A DNA stretch of 64,000 nt from Dehalococcoidia bacterium (GCA_965237935.1 OZ250168.1:464218-528217), one strand, 5' to 3'. Shown: positions 47,282 through 56,447, counted from the first letter of the stretch. Translations and numbers: made by a program. The notes: generated by a model not told the origin, from the sequence alone.

Positions 47282-47523
47282 TGCTACAGTCGCCGCCCTT
47301 GGGTAAACTCGTCTAAGAATAAAGGCTCTGCTGCCTAGTATAACAATGGGTATATACAGGGACAAGCTGGCTGACCGCTCCCGAAAAAACATTCCGTCCA
47401 TAGATCCTCTGCCCCCTGGGGTCTAAGGCTGAAATCGACCGAACAATCCCTGAGCTCTGCGTTGTCCAGGGCTTCCCCTTGTGTTATATTGTGACAAAGT
47501 TATCAAACCCGGAGGCTCGTCCC

Positions 47524-48018
47524 TTGGCCACCGAGAGCGCAACCCTGAGGCTAAAGGCCAGAGAGGCCCTGGCGGCCCAGAAGCAGCCCAGCGTCACACC
47601 CTTGTCCTCCCTTCTGGCCGTACAGGACGCCCTGGGGTACCTGCCGGTGGAGGCCGTAGAAGAGGTAGCCGCCTTCACCAGCTCCACCATCAACGATGTT
47701 TGGGGAGTGGCCTCCTTTTACCTTAACTTCCGCTTTACACCGGCCCCCGAGCATACCGTAGAGGTCTGCTGGGGACCCACCTGCCACCTGATGGGCGCTC
47801 CCCGCATTCTGGAAGCCTTCCAGGAGGTCCTGGGGGTAACCGGCGAAAGTGAGACCAGCGATGGCAAGTTCGCCCTCAAGTACAACACCTGCCTCGGGGC
47901 CTGCTCACAGGCTCCCGCTATCAGCATCGACCACCACCTAGTCGGAAGGGTGGAGCCTCGACGGATCGTCGAGGGCCTGGCTAGAAGCTGGGCGCTACCC
48001 TTTATCAGAGGGAAGTAA
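47524..48018 (+). CDS. NuoE/FdsG-like 2Fe-2S subunit
   Basis: Start moved to TTG 47524 (GGAGG 8 nt upstream); the track start 47479 overlaps a -10-like TGTGTTATATT. Motifs CWGPTCHLMG .. CLGACSQAP. Confidence 0.75.
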   Translation: MATESATLRLKAREALAAQKQPSVTPLSSLLAVQDALGYLPVEAVEEVAAFTSSTINDVWGVASFYLNFRFTPAPEHTVEVCWGPTCHLMGAPRILEAFQEVLGVTGESETSDGKFALKYNTCLGACSQAPAISIDHHLVGRVEPRRIVEGLARSWALPFIRGK

Positions 48019-49748
48019 TGGCGACCTACCTGGAGCTAAAGTCCAGGGCCGACGAGACCTGGCAAGGCCTGATCCAGGGAACTACTCCCTGGATACGGGT
48101 GGGCACCGCCATCTGTGGCCAGGCGGCGGGAGCCCCAGAGGTGGTGGAGGCTCTCCGCGCTGAGCTGGAGAGACGAGGCATTCAGGCCCTGGTCACCGAG
48201 GTGGGCTGCCTCGGACTCTGCTATGCGGAGCCCCTGGTGGACATCCTGAAGCCGGGTAGCTCCCGTATCCTCTTCAAAAACGTCACCCCAGAGATGGTCC
48301 CCCAACTCGTCGAGTCCTATCTGGTCAACGACTCTCCACCTGCCGAATGGGCCCTGGGGCATCTGGGAGAGGGGAGGAATTACGGCGTACCGGACCTGGA
48401 GCAGATGCCTGTCATGAAGCTGCAGCTCCGAATCGCCCTGCGCAACGCCGGCCATATCGATCCCGGCGACATCTACCAGTACATCGCCAACGGGGGGTAC
48501 GCCGGCCTGAACAGGGCCCTCCTTCACATGGAGCGGGAGCAGGTAGTGGAGGAGGTCACCAACTCTGGACTGCGAGGCCGCGGAGGGGCGGCCTTCCCTA
48601 CGGGCACCAAGTGGAGCTTCCTGGTCCGGGCTCAGGAGCCTGTGAAATACATTCTCTGCAACTGCGAGGAGGGCGACCCCGGCGCCTTTAATGACAAAGG
48701 AATTCTGGAGAGCGATCCCCATACTCTCCTGGAGGGCATGATTATCGGAGGCTATGCCACCCTGGCCACCAAGGGATACGTCTTCATACGCCACGGCCAC
48801 GACGGCCCAATAGAGCGCACCCGCATAGCCATACAGCAGGCATACGAGGCCGGCCTCCTGGGAGAAAACATCCTGGACAGCGGCTTCAGCTTCGACATTG
48901 AAGTGGCCCTGACGGGGGACTCCTACGTCTCAGGAGAGGAGACGGCCCTCATGGAGGCCATCGAGGGGAAGCGCGCCATGCCCCGGACCAGACCTCCCTT
49001 CCCGGCCCAAGCGGGCCTGTGGGGCAAGCCCAGCAACATAAACAACGTCAAGACCCTTGCCTACATCCCTGAGATCGTTTCGAGGGGGGCCCAGTGGTTC
49101 TCCGACATCGGCGTAAACCGCAGCAAGGGGACTGCCATCCTGTGCCTTACGGGGAAAGTCGCCAGACCCGGCCTCTACGAGGTCGCCATGGGAATAACTC
49201 TGCGCCAGGTCATCGATGAAATCGCCGGGGGTGTTCCCAACGGCAAGAGCCTGAAGCTCCTCCAGACGGGAGGGCCCCTGGGAGGCGTCCTGAACGCCGA
49301 GATGGCTGACGTGCCCCTGGACTTCGAGGAGATGGCCCAGGCGGGCGCTATCCTGGGCTCCGGCGGCATAATCGTCGCCGACGAGGACACCTGCGCCGTG
49401 GACTTTACCAGGGTCCTGGTGACCTTCTGCCAGTACGAGTCCTGCGGCAAGTGCTTCCCCTGCCGCCTGGGCTTTACCCATATGACGGAGATCCTGGAGC
49501 GGATATGTCGCGGCGAAGCCCGGCCCAGAGACCTGGACCTTATGCCAGGCATAGGCCAGAGCATAGCCGGTGGCTCCCTCTGCGGCCACGGGCAGCTCGG
49601 CTACAATCCCGTGAGGTCGGCTCTGCAGTATTTCGCCGAAGACTTTAGGGTCCACGTGGAGGAGGGACGCTGTCCCACCGGAAGCTGTGGCGGCCCCATC
49701 ATCGCCCCAGCCCGGACCAGGCCTCAACCGGTGATCGTCGCAACTTAA
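48018..49748 (+). CDS. NuoF/FdsB-like NADH-binding FMN/4Fe-4S subunit with N-terminal thioredoxin-like domain
   Basis: 576 aa. GLRGRGGAAFPTG, CNCEEGDPGAF, SCGKCFPCR motifs. The N-terminal domain keeps only three Cys. Confidence 0.9.
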   Translation: MATYLELKSRADETWQGLIQGTTPWIRVGTAICGQAAGAPEVVEALRAELERRGIQALVTEVGCLGLCYAEPLVDILKPGSSRILFKNVTPEMVPQLVESYLVNDSPPAEWALGHLGEGRNYGVPDLEQMPVMKLQLRIALRNAGHIDPGDIYQYIANGGYAGLNRALLHMEREQVVEEVTNSGLRGRGGAAFPTGTKWSFLVRAQEPVKYILCNCEEGDPGAFNDKGILESDPHTLLEGMIIGGYATLATKGYVFIRHGHDGPIERTRIAIQQAYEAGLLGENILDSGFSFDIEVALTGDSYVSGEETALMEAIEGKRAMPRTRPPFPAQAGLWGKPSNINNVKTLAYIPEIVSRGAQWFSDIGVNRSKGTAILCLTGKVARPGLYEVAMGITLRQVIDEIAGGVPNGKSLKLLQTGGPLGGVLNAEMADVPLDFEEMAQAGAILGSGGIIVADEDTCAVDFTRVLVTFCQYESCGKCFPCRLGFTHMTEILERICRGEARPRDLDLMPGIGQSIAGGSLCGHGQLGYNPVRSALQYFAEDFRVHVEEGRCPTGSCGGPIIAPARTRPQPVIVAT

Positions 49749-49764
49749 TACCAAGAGAGTTAGT

Positions 49765-52533
49765 ATGCCTGAGGACATCACCCTCACTATAGACGGCAAG
49801 GAAGTCAAGACCCAGCCCGGCGTTCCGGTGCTTCAGGCGGCCCTGGACGCCGGAATCTACATACCCTACTTATGCTACTACCAAGGCCTGAAACCCTACG
49901 GCGCCTGCCGTATGTGCGTCGTGGAGGTGGAGAACCAGAGAGGCACCCCCGCCTCCTGCACCCTGCCCGCCGCCGACGGTATGGTCGTCAACAGCCTCGG
50001 CCAGGAGGTCGTCCAGCTCAGGCGCGGCGTCATGGAGCTGCTCTTATCGGAGCATCCCCACGGCTGCCTTACCTGCCATCGCGTAGACCTCTGCGGCCCT
50101 CAGGATATCTGTCTGCGGCACGTTTCGGTCACGGACCGCTGCGTCTCCTGCCCCAAGAATGAGCGTTGCGAGCTGAAGGACACGGTTCGCCACCTGGAAA
50201 TGGACCTGACCTCCCCCTTCACCTACAACTACCGCAACCTGCCCAGAGAGGTGCGGGACCCCTTCTACGACCGGGACTACAACCTCTGCATCGTCTGCGC
50301 TCGCTGCGTTCGGGCCTGCGAAGAGGTAAGGGGCGACAACGCTATCACCATGGTGGAGCGCTCCGGCGTAGCACTGGTGGGCACCTCCTTCGGCACCTCC
50401 CTTCTGGAGTCGGGCTGCGAGTTCTGCGGGGCCTGCATCGACGTTTGCCCCACGGGGGCCCTGGTGGAGCGGGACTACAAGTGGGAGAAGGCGGCCAGAG
50501 CCGTCACCACCATCTGCCCTCACTGCCCCGTGGGATGCCAGATGACCATCGAGGTGAACCAGCGGGAGAAGCTGATTCGCACCATCCCGGACCCAAACGG
50601 TCCCTCCAACCAGGGACAGGCCTGCTTCAAAGGCAAGTTCGGTATGGACTTCGTCAACCACCGCCAGCGGCTAAAGACTCCCCTAATTCGCCGCAACGGC
50701 TCCCTGGAGCCATCCACCTGGGATGAAGCCTTGGACTACTTGGCCCAGAAGCTGGCGGAGTACAAAGGCGATGCCTACGGCATAATCCTATCGCCTAGGG
50801 GCACCAATGAAGACAGCTACGCCGCCCAGAAGTTCGCCCGGGCGGTCATGGGCACCAACAACATAGACATCTCCTCCAACACCCGCCCGGAGTTGGTGGA
50901 GCCCCTCGGCGAAATGCTTGGCTATCAGGCCGCCACTAACCCCATATGGGAGCTGGAAAAGTCGGGCTGTGTGATGGTGATGGAGAGCAATGTCACCGAG
51001 GAGCATAACGTGGCCGCCGTCCCCATTAAGAAGGCGGTCCAGAAGGGCCTCAAGCTCATCGTCATCGACAGTAGAGAGACGGAGCTGACGCGCTACGCCC
51101 ACATCTGGCTGCGCCCCCGACCGGGTACCGACGTCACCCTGCTAGGCGGCATTCTCAAAGTGATAGTAGACGAGTCTCTGGAGGACGGTGAGTTCGTATC
51201 GCAGCACTGCCAGAACGAGGACGCCCTGAGGCAAAGCTTGCAGAGCGTTGACCTGGTAAAGGTCGAGGAGAGGACAGGCGTCCCCCAGGCCCTGGTTCAA
51301 GAGGCGGCCCGGATGCTGGCCCAGAACGGCCCCACCTCCATCCTCTACGCCCTGGACACCCTGCCCTCCGAAGCGGCGTCCCAATGTGTCAAGGCGCTGG
51401 CCGACCTGGCCCTTCTGACTGGCAACCTAGGGAAGCCTTCGTCCGGGCTGTACCCCCTCATTCCGGGAGCCAACGAGCAGGGGGCCAAGGACGTGGGCGC
51501 CGTTCCTCACCTGCTGCCAGGGTACCAGCCCCTTGTTAGCCCCCAAGCCCGCAGCACCTTCGAAGAGGCGTGGGGAGTCCCTCTGCCCGCCGGCAAAGGC
51601 CTACCTCTGGGCGAGATGGTCCAGGCAGCCGGAGAGGGCCGTATAAAGGCGCTGCATCTGCTGGGAGACAGTCCAAGTTTCTCCAACGGCGAGATCGAGG
51701 ATGTTTTAGAAGCCTTCAAAAAGGTTGAATTCCTTATTATGCATGACAACTTCAGGAGCGAGCTGGTGGAGATGGCCCACGTGGTGCTGCCCTCGGCCAC
51801 CTTTGCGGAGAAGGATGGGACCTACACCAACATGGAGCGCAGGGTGCAGCTACTACATCAGGCCTTGAAGCCCAAGAACGGGGAGATGCCCGAGTGGGAG
51901 ATTTTCGGCCTCCTGGCCCAGAGGATGGGTTACGCCGGCCTTCAGTACCTGAGCTCCTCTGAAGTGATGGGTGAGATCGCTGGACTAATGCCCATGTACG
52001 CGGGCGTATCTCACCAGCGGCTGGAGTCCGGCGGTATCCAGTGGCCATGCACCGGCCCGGAGGACAGCGGAACCCCCATCCTCTACGCCAGTGATGAAAA
52101 TGGCTGGAAAGCTACCATGAGTCCACTAGGCCAACGGGAAGAAAATCCAGATATCCTAGACCCCCAGTATCCCCTCGTTCTAGTCCGGGGCCGGGTCCTC
52201 CTTCAGCCGGACAGGGATATAGAGGTGATCAAGGACAACGGCGCCAACGCAATAAAGCGGGAGGAGATCATCGAGCTACACCCCTCAGACGCCGCCTCCC
52301 TGGGAATCGCCGATGGAGACCTAATAGAGGCCGTTTCAGAGGAGGAGCGCTTCAGGGGAGTGGCTCGCTTGAGGAGTCCCCACCCTGGGGTGGTCTCGGC
52401 GACCTACCTCTTCGGACAGTTGGCATCCGAGCTGGAGAAGAGCACCGAACCCGACCCCATGCTCAAGGTTCCCGGCCTGCCTCTCCTGACCGTCAGGCTG
52501 GAGAAGGTGTTGGAAAGCGCAGCCGCCGATTGA
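49765..52533 (+). CDS. FdsA/NuoG-like molybdopterin-oxidoreductase-family large subunit lacking the Cys/Sec-His pair
   Basis: 922 aa. N-terminal 2Fe-2S, several 4Fe-4S motifs, CPHCPVGC MopB cluster. At the FDH active-site position it reads GTNNIDISSNTRPELVEPLG instead of ..CAR(V/L)(C/U)H.. Confidence 0.85.
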   Translation: MPEDITLTIDGKEVKTQPGVPVLQAALDAGIYIPYLCYYQGLKPYGACRMCVVEVENQRGTPASCTLPAADGMVVNSLGQEVVQLRRGVMELLLSEHPHGCLTCHRVDLCGPQDICLRHVSVTDRCVSCPKNERCELKDTVRHLEMDLTSPFTYNYRNLPREVRDPFYDRDYNLCIVCARCVRACEEVRGDNAITMVERSGVALVGTSFGTSLLESGCEFCGACIDVCPTGALVERDYKWEKAARAVTTICPHCPVGCQMTIEVNQREKLIRTIPDPNGPSNQGQACFKGKFGMDFVNHRQRLKTPLIRRNGSLEPSTWDEALDYLAQKLAEYKGDAYGIILSPRGTNEDSYAAQKFARAVMGTNNIDISSNTRPELVEPLGEMLGYQAATNPIWELEKSGCVMVMESNVTEEHNVAAVPIKKAVQKGLKLIVIDSRETELTRYAHIWLRPRPGTDVTLLGGILKVIVDESLEDGEFVSQHCQNEDALRQSLQSVDLVKVEERTGVPQALVQEAARMLAQNGPTSILYALDTLPSEAASQCVKALADLALLTGNLGKPSSGLYPLIPGANEQGAKDVGAVPHLLPGYQPLVSPQARSTFEEAWGVPLPAGKGLPLGEMVQAAGEGRIKALHLLGDSPSFSNGEIEDVLEAFKKVEFLIMHDNFRSELVEMAHVVLPSATFAEKDGTYTNMERRVQLLHQALKPKNGEMPEWEIFGLLAQRMGYAGLQYLSSSEVMGEIAGLMPMYAGVSHQRLESGGIQWPCTGPEDSGTPILYASDENGWKATMSPLGQREENPDILDPQYPLVLVRGRVLLQPDRDIEVIKDNGANAIKREEIIELHPSDAASLGIADGDLIEAVSEEERFRGVARLRSPHPGVVSATYLFGQLASELEKSTEPDPMLKVPGLPLLTVRLEKVLESAAAD

Positions 52534-52567
52534 GGGTCCATAACTGGAGGTCAAAGCCGATTCGTCT

Positions 52568-53329
52568 ATGACGAGCGTACCTGAGACGAGACCCCGAGAG
52601 AACACACAGCCGACGCCGCCCAGATTGGCCAAAGCGACGGTGGCGGCGAGAAAGAACCTGACCGAGGACCTGTGGGCCATGTGGCTCAAGCCGGACATCC
52701 CCTATCCCTTCAAGGCGGGCCAGTACTGCACCATAGGCCTGGACGGCATAGAGAGAGCCTACTCCATAGTCTCAGCTCCTCATGAGCCTGAGCTGGAGCT
52801 TTTCATAGGGCTGATTGAACACGGGCATCTGACTCCTAAGCTTTGGCCCCTGGATGTGGGAGACCTGGTCTCCCTCCGTCCCAGGGCTAAAGGCATCTTC
52901 ACCTTTGACCCTGCGCTCCCCAACCATCTGATGGTATGCACAGTAACGGGAATCGCTCCTTTCGTAAGCATAATACGTGACTATATCCACACAGGGATGA
53001 AGGGCCACAGGTTCTACCTGCTTCAGGGCTCCAGCTACGTGGACTACTTCGCCTACGACCGGGAGATGGCGACTCTGTCGGCGGAGTACCCGGAGCTTAT
53101 CACGTACGTTCCCGCTATCAGCAGGCCCAACGACGAGAGAAACCGAGGCTGGTCCGGCGCTACGGGCCGCGTGAACAACATCGTAGATGGTCTCGCCGAG
53201 AAGTGGGGCCTGGATAGCCAGTCTACCCTGGTCTATCTGTGCGGCAACCCCGGGATGATACAGGAGGCCAAGAAGACCTTGGCCCCCAAGGAATTCAGGA
53301 TCAGAGAGGAGCGCTTCTGGAAGGAGTAG
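52568..53329 (+). CDS. ferredoxin--NADP(+) reductase-type flavoprotein
   Basis: 253 aa. RAYSIVS (RxYS FAD motif) and MVCTVTGIAPF NAD(P) motif. Confidence 0.85.
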   Translation: MTSVPETRPRENTQPTPPRLAKATVAARKNLTEDLWAMWLKPDIPYPFKAGQYCTIGLDGIERAYSIVSAPHEPELELFIGLIEHGHLTPKLWPLDVGDLVSLRPRAKGIFTFDPALPNHLMVCTVTGIAPFVSIIRDYIHTGMKGHRFYLLQGSSYVDYFAYDREMATLSAEYPELITYVPAISRPNDERNRGWSGATGRVNNIVDGLAEKWGLDSQSTLVYLCGNPGMIQEAKKTLAPKEFRIREERFWKE

Positions 53330-53426
53330 GCTGGCCCCTCTCTACCGTCCGTCCCGTCCAGTGGCCTCTTTAAGGCGTCTTTTATTCACTCTTGACAAAC
53401 CCGCCCAAGGCCACTACCCTTCCGGT

Positions 53427-53455
53427 TATATTGGTCTGACCATCTGACCAATATA
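53427..53455. promoter_or_regulatory. perfect 10-bp inverted repeat upstream of the TauE gene
   Basis: TATATTGGTC-N9-GACCAATATA. The centre contains the tandem TCTGACCA TCTGACCA. It ends 17 nt before the ATG. Confidence 0.45.
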
Positions 53456-53472
53456 GTTAGGTAGGAAGAGCA

Positions 53473-54285
53473 ATGGTCATAGCGGTTCTGGCCGCGGGAG
53501 GGCTGGTGGCCGGCACCTACGGCAGCCTCATTGGGGCGGGCGGCGGCTTCATAATGGTCCCCCTGCTGCTGTTCCTATTTCCAGACGAAAGCCCCGCCGT
53601 CATAGCGGCCACCTCACTCTTTGCTGTGCTATTCACCGGCACCTCCTCCGCCGCCGCCTACGCCTGGCTCAGAAGGATCGACTATAAAGCGGGGAGCCTT
53701 CTGGGGGCCGTGACCGTTCCCGGCGCTATTCTGGGAGTTCATCTGGTATCCCTAGTCCCCAGGGCAGCTTTTGAGATGGCGATGGGGTCTTTACTCATAT
53801 TCCTTGCCAGCTATAGCTTCATAAGAGCCCAGATGAGCCGGGGGCGTCCATTTCTGATTCATGACGTTTTTAGCTATAGAACCCTGGTAGACCGCGCGGG
53901 GACTGCCTTTGTCTACCCGGTAAGGGCCATAATGTGGTCATCGGTGGCCTTGGTAGCTGGATTTTTATCCAGCATGATGGGCATAGGCGGGGGTCTTCTA
54001 CAGGTGCCCATTCTGGTCTACATGCTTAGCATGCCCATCCAGGTAGCCGTCGCCACCTCCCAGTTTGCACTAACCGCCACCGCGCTAACAGGCACCATCA
54101 CCCATCTCACCGCCGGCAACCTAAGCATAGGGTGGTGGAATGTGAGCGCCCTGACTATCAGCGTCGTAGTCGGCGCTCAGATAGGCGCTCGACTCTCCAC
54201 CAGGTTCAGTGGCTCACGGGTGACCCAGCTTCTATCCGGGGGACTGACGGTGGTTGGCGCGCGGCTGCTCATAGCCGCAGTCTAA
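53473..54285 (+). CDS. TauE/SafE-family anion exporter
   Basis: 270 aa, about 8 TM helices with internal duplication and glycine-rich GGG motifs. Confidence 0.75.
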   Translation: MVIAVLAAGGLVAGTYGSLIGAGGGFIMVPLLLFLFPDESPAVIAATSLFAVLFTGTSSAAAYAWLRRIDYKAGSLLGAVTVPGAILGVHLVSLVPRAAFEMAMGSLLIFLASYSFIRAQMSRGRPFLIHDVFSYRTLVDRAGTAFVYPVRAIMWSSVALVAGFLSSMMGIGGGLLQVPILVYMLSMPIQVAVATSQFALTATALTGTITHLTAGNLSIGWWNVSALTISVVVGAQIGARLSTRFSGSRVTQLLSGGLTVVGARLLIAAV

Positions 54286-54350
54286 AGTCTCACTCTCCTC
54301 CGCAGTAAGCTAGGAGCGAATGATGTTTTTGGCCGTGTCTATATGATAGA

Positions 54351-54365
54351 ATTGCCGTCGGCAAT
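54351..54365. promoter_or_regulatory. palindrome just after a TATGAT box, upstream of the LLM oxidoreductase
   Basis: ATTGCCG-T-CGGCAAT, 3 nt after TATGAT (54342..54347). Confidence 0.3.
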
Positions 54366-54395
54366 GGGAAGGATCGTACCAGCGCCAGAGGAGAG

Positions 54396-55559
54396 TTGAT
54401 GAAGTTTAGCACCCTGTACGCCGGATACATAGACATGGAGGACCTGGGTGAGCACGGCGCCAAGGTCGGTGAGCGCTGGTTTTCCAACGAACAACTGGCC
54501 ACAGTGTACGACAAGAGCCTGGTCCTGGCTCAGGCCTGCGAGGAGCTGGGCTTCGACACCCTTTGGCTGGCGGAGCACCACTTCCAGCCCGAGGGCTACG
54601 AGGTCATCCCCAACCTCCTGATGCTGGCCCTTTACCTGGCCGGCCATACCAAACGAATAGAATTTGGCTGTGGTTTCAACATCACTACCATGTGGCACCC
54701 GCTGCGATTGGCCGAAGACTACGCCATGGCTGATATCCTCACCAAGTGGCGGGTGCTCTTTGGAATTGGTCGGGGCTACCACACCCGCGAGGTGGAGACC
54801 TTCGGCGTGCCAATGATGGACCAGGAGACCAATCGGGAGATCTTCGAAGAGCAGTTGGAGATCATCTTCAAGGCCTTGCAGGAGGAGAAGTTCTCCCACC
54901 AGGGTAAACACTACACCATTCCCCCTCATGTGCCTTATCGGAACTACATGCTGAAGGAGATCTCCGTGGTTCCCCGGCCCATGCACCTCTTCGAGTGCTG
55001 GCAGCCCATAGTGAGCGGCAATCCCCGGGGGCTGGAGTTCATGGCCAAGCATGGTATCAAAGGAATAGTGGGCAACGCCCTGCCTGAGATGGTGGAGGAG
55101 CGATGGCAGCAGTTCAAGGCCGCCTACACTAAGCAAGGCGTTGACCTGAAGCCCGGCGAGCGCTTCGGCGTGATCATCCCCTCCTACCTGGCAGACACCC
55201 AGGAGCAGGGTATCAAGGAGTTCCGCCCTGTTTACCAGGAGTATCAGAAATTCTTCGGCCCCTTTGGCTTCATTGGAAAGCTCACTGACGAGCAACTCAA
55301 GGCTCTGGACACCAAGGGTGGCTGGAAGGCGGCAGGTGTCCGCACCTTAGAGGAAGCCATTGCAATAGGCAGCCATTACGTGGGCCATCCCGACGGGCTT
55401 ACGGACAAAATTAAAGGAATCAAGGAGAAGTATCCGTACCTGGAGCATATCTTCTTCGGCTTTACCATGTCCGTTTCCCAGTCGGTTATGCTGCAACAGC
55501 TAACCAGGTTCTCTGAGGAAGTGATGCCAGCCTTCAAGAGTGTTCAGGTGCCTGCTTAG
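54396..55559 (+). CDS. LLM-class (luciferase-like) flavin-dependent oxidoreductase
   Basis: 387 aa. GFDTLWLAEHHF signature. Confidence 0.85.
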   Translation: MMKFSTLYAGYIDMEDLGEHGAKVGERWFSNEQLATVYDKSLVLAQACEELGFDTLWLAEHHFQPEGYEVIPNLLMLALYLAGHTKRIEFGCGFNITTMWHPLRLAEDYAMADILTKWRVLFGIGRGYHTREVETFGVPMMDQETNREIFEEQLEIIFKALQEEKFSHQGKHYTIPPHVPYRNYMLKEISVVPRPMHLFECWQPIVSGNPRGLEFMAKHGIKGIVGNALPEMVEERWQQFKAAYTKQGVDLKPGERFGVIIPSYLADTQEQGIKEFRPVYQEYQKFFGPFGFIGKLTDEQLKALDTKGGWKAAGVRTLEEAIAIGSHYVGHPDGLTDKIKGIKEKYPYLEHIFFGFTMSVSQSVMLQQLTRFSEEVMPAFKSVQVPA

Positions 55560-55629
55560 GAGCGTTAGCAGACAGCACCCATCCAGACACCTGAGCTAAT
55601 CCAAGAAGTTCACTAAGGGAGGTAACACC

Positions 55630-56085
55630 ATGGTAGAAGTTGGACAGCCGGCCCCAGACTTCACGCTGGCGGCCCATACCGGAGACAACGTCACTCTCAG
55701 CGACTACAAGGGCACTAAGAACGTGGTGCTCCACTTCCACGTGATGTCCTTCACAGGTGGTTGAACCTATCAGGTATCCGGGTTCCGGGTATTCAACAAC
55801 CAGTTCCAGGAGAAGGATACGCAGGTCTTGGGGATAAGCGTCGACAGCCGCCCCGTCCAGGCCGCCTGGTGCCAGTCTCAGGGAGGCGTATCATATCCCG
55901 TCCTGGCCGACTTCCATCCCAAGGGGAAGGTCGCCGAAGCCTTCGGTGTGTTCAACGACGAGCGGGGTACCAGCAGAAGGTCCGTCTTCATCATCGATAA
56001 AGAGGGCATCGTCAGGTACAAGCGCGTCTACGACCAGGGCCTGCCGGACCCCCAAGAGATTCTGGCAGAGGTTAATAAGCTCTAA
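55630..56085 (+). CDS. Bcp/PrxQ-type peroxiredoxin with in-frame TGA (55762..55764) at the peroxidatic position; probable selenoprotein
   Basis: AGGGAGG then ATG 55630. MVEVGQPAPDFTL..VVLHFHVMSFTGG[TGA]TYQVSGFR..VLGISVDS..RRSVFIIDKEGIV. The same frame is continuous with track ORF 55828..56085; 151 codons in total. Confidence 0.75.
55773..55793 (+). promoter_or_regulatory. SECIS-like hairpin
   Basis: GGUAUCCGG-GUU-CCGGGUAUU: 9 pairs including 3 G-U, starting 8 nt after the TGA. The apical G/U residues lie about 20 nt from the UGA. Confidence 0.55.
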
Positions 56086-56106
56086 CATCCAGCTCCAGGA
56101 GGCGAC

Positions 56107-56433
56107 ATGGCACACTATCTTATCCAGGCATCCTATACCGGTGGAGCGATATCCGACCTGGTTAAGAACCCTCAGAACCGGGCCGATGCCATCAGGCCCG
56201 TCATCGAAAAAGCAGGTGGGCGACTGGAAGCCTTCTACTTTGCCTTTGGCGACTACGATATAGTGGCCATTATCGAGATGCCGGACAACGCTAGCGCGGC
56301 GGCCCTCTCCATGGCGATATCCGCCGGCGGCGCCCTTAGCTCCCTCAAGACCACCGTCCTGCTGGACATGAGCGAGTCCGTGAACGCTATGCGCAAGGCC
56401 GGAGGAGTGGGCTACCGGCCACCAGGCGGCTAA
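56107..56433 (+). CDS. GYD-domain protein
   Basis: 108 aa. MAHYLIQASYT .. AFGDYDIVAIIEMPD matches the GYD family pattern. Confidence 0.75.
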   Translation: MAHYLIQASYTGGAISDLVKNPQNRADAIRPVIEKAGGRLEAFYFAFGDYDIVAIIEMPDNASAAALSMAISAGGALSSLKTTVLLDMSESVNAMRKAGGVGYRPPGG

Positions 56434-56447
56434 GGGGATCTGAAGCT

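Noticed and set aside
47282-47401. 40-codon N-terminal extension of gatB in the track. Similar cases: extensions of the MidA-like gene (57651..57785), nuoE-like (47479..47523), the Kelch gene (4361..4384), the methyltransferase (32481..32504) and the dehydratase (4581..4595).
   Set aside because: In each case an internal start with a proper SD coincides with the canonical family N-terminus. The upstream codons overlap promoter-like or intergenic sequence.
49765-52533. The FdsA-like gene as a selenoprotein, given the Sec candidate nearby.
   Set aside because: The ORF is uninterrupted. The active-site column holds Arg, not TGA or Cys.
55761-56085. Track ORFs 55761..56000 (+) and 55828..56085 (+) taken as independent small genes.
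   Set aside because: 55828..56085 is the in-frame C-terminal part of the peroxiredoxin once the TGA at 55762 is read through. 55761..56000 is an out-of-frame overlap with an Arg/Pro-rich translation.
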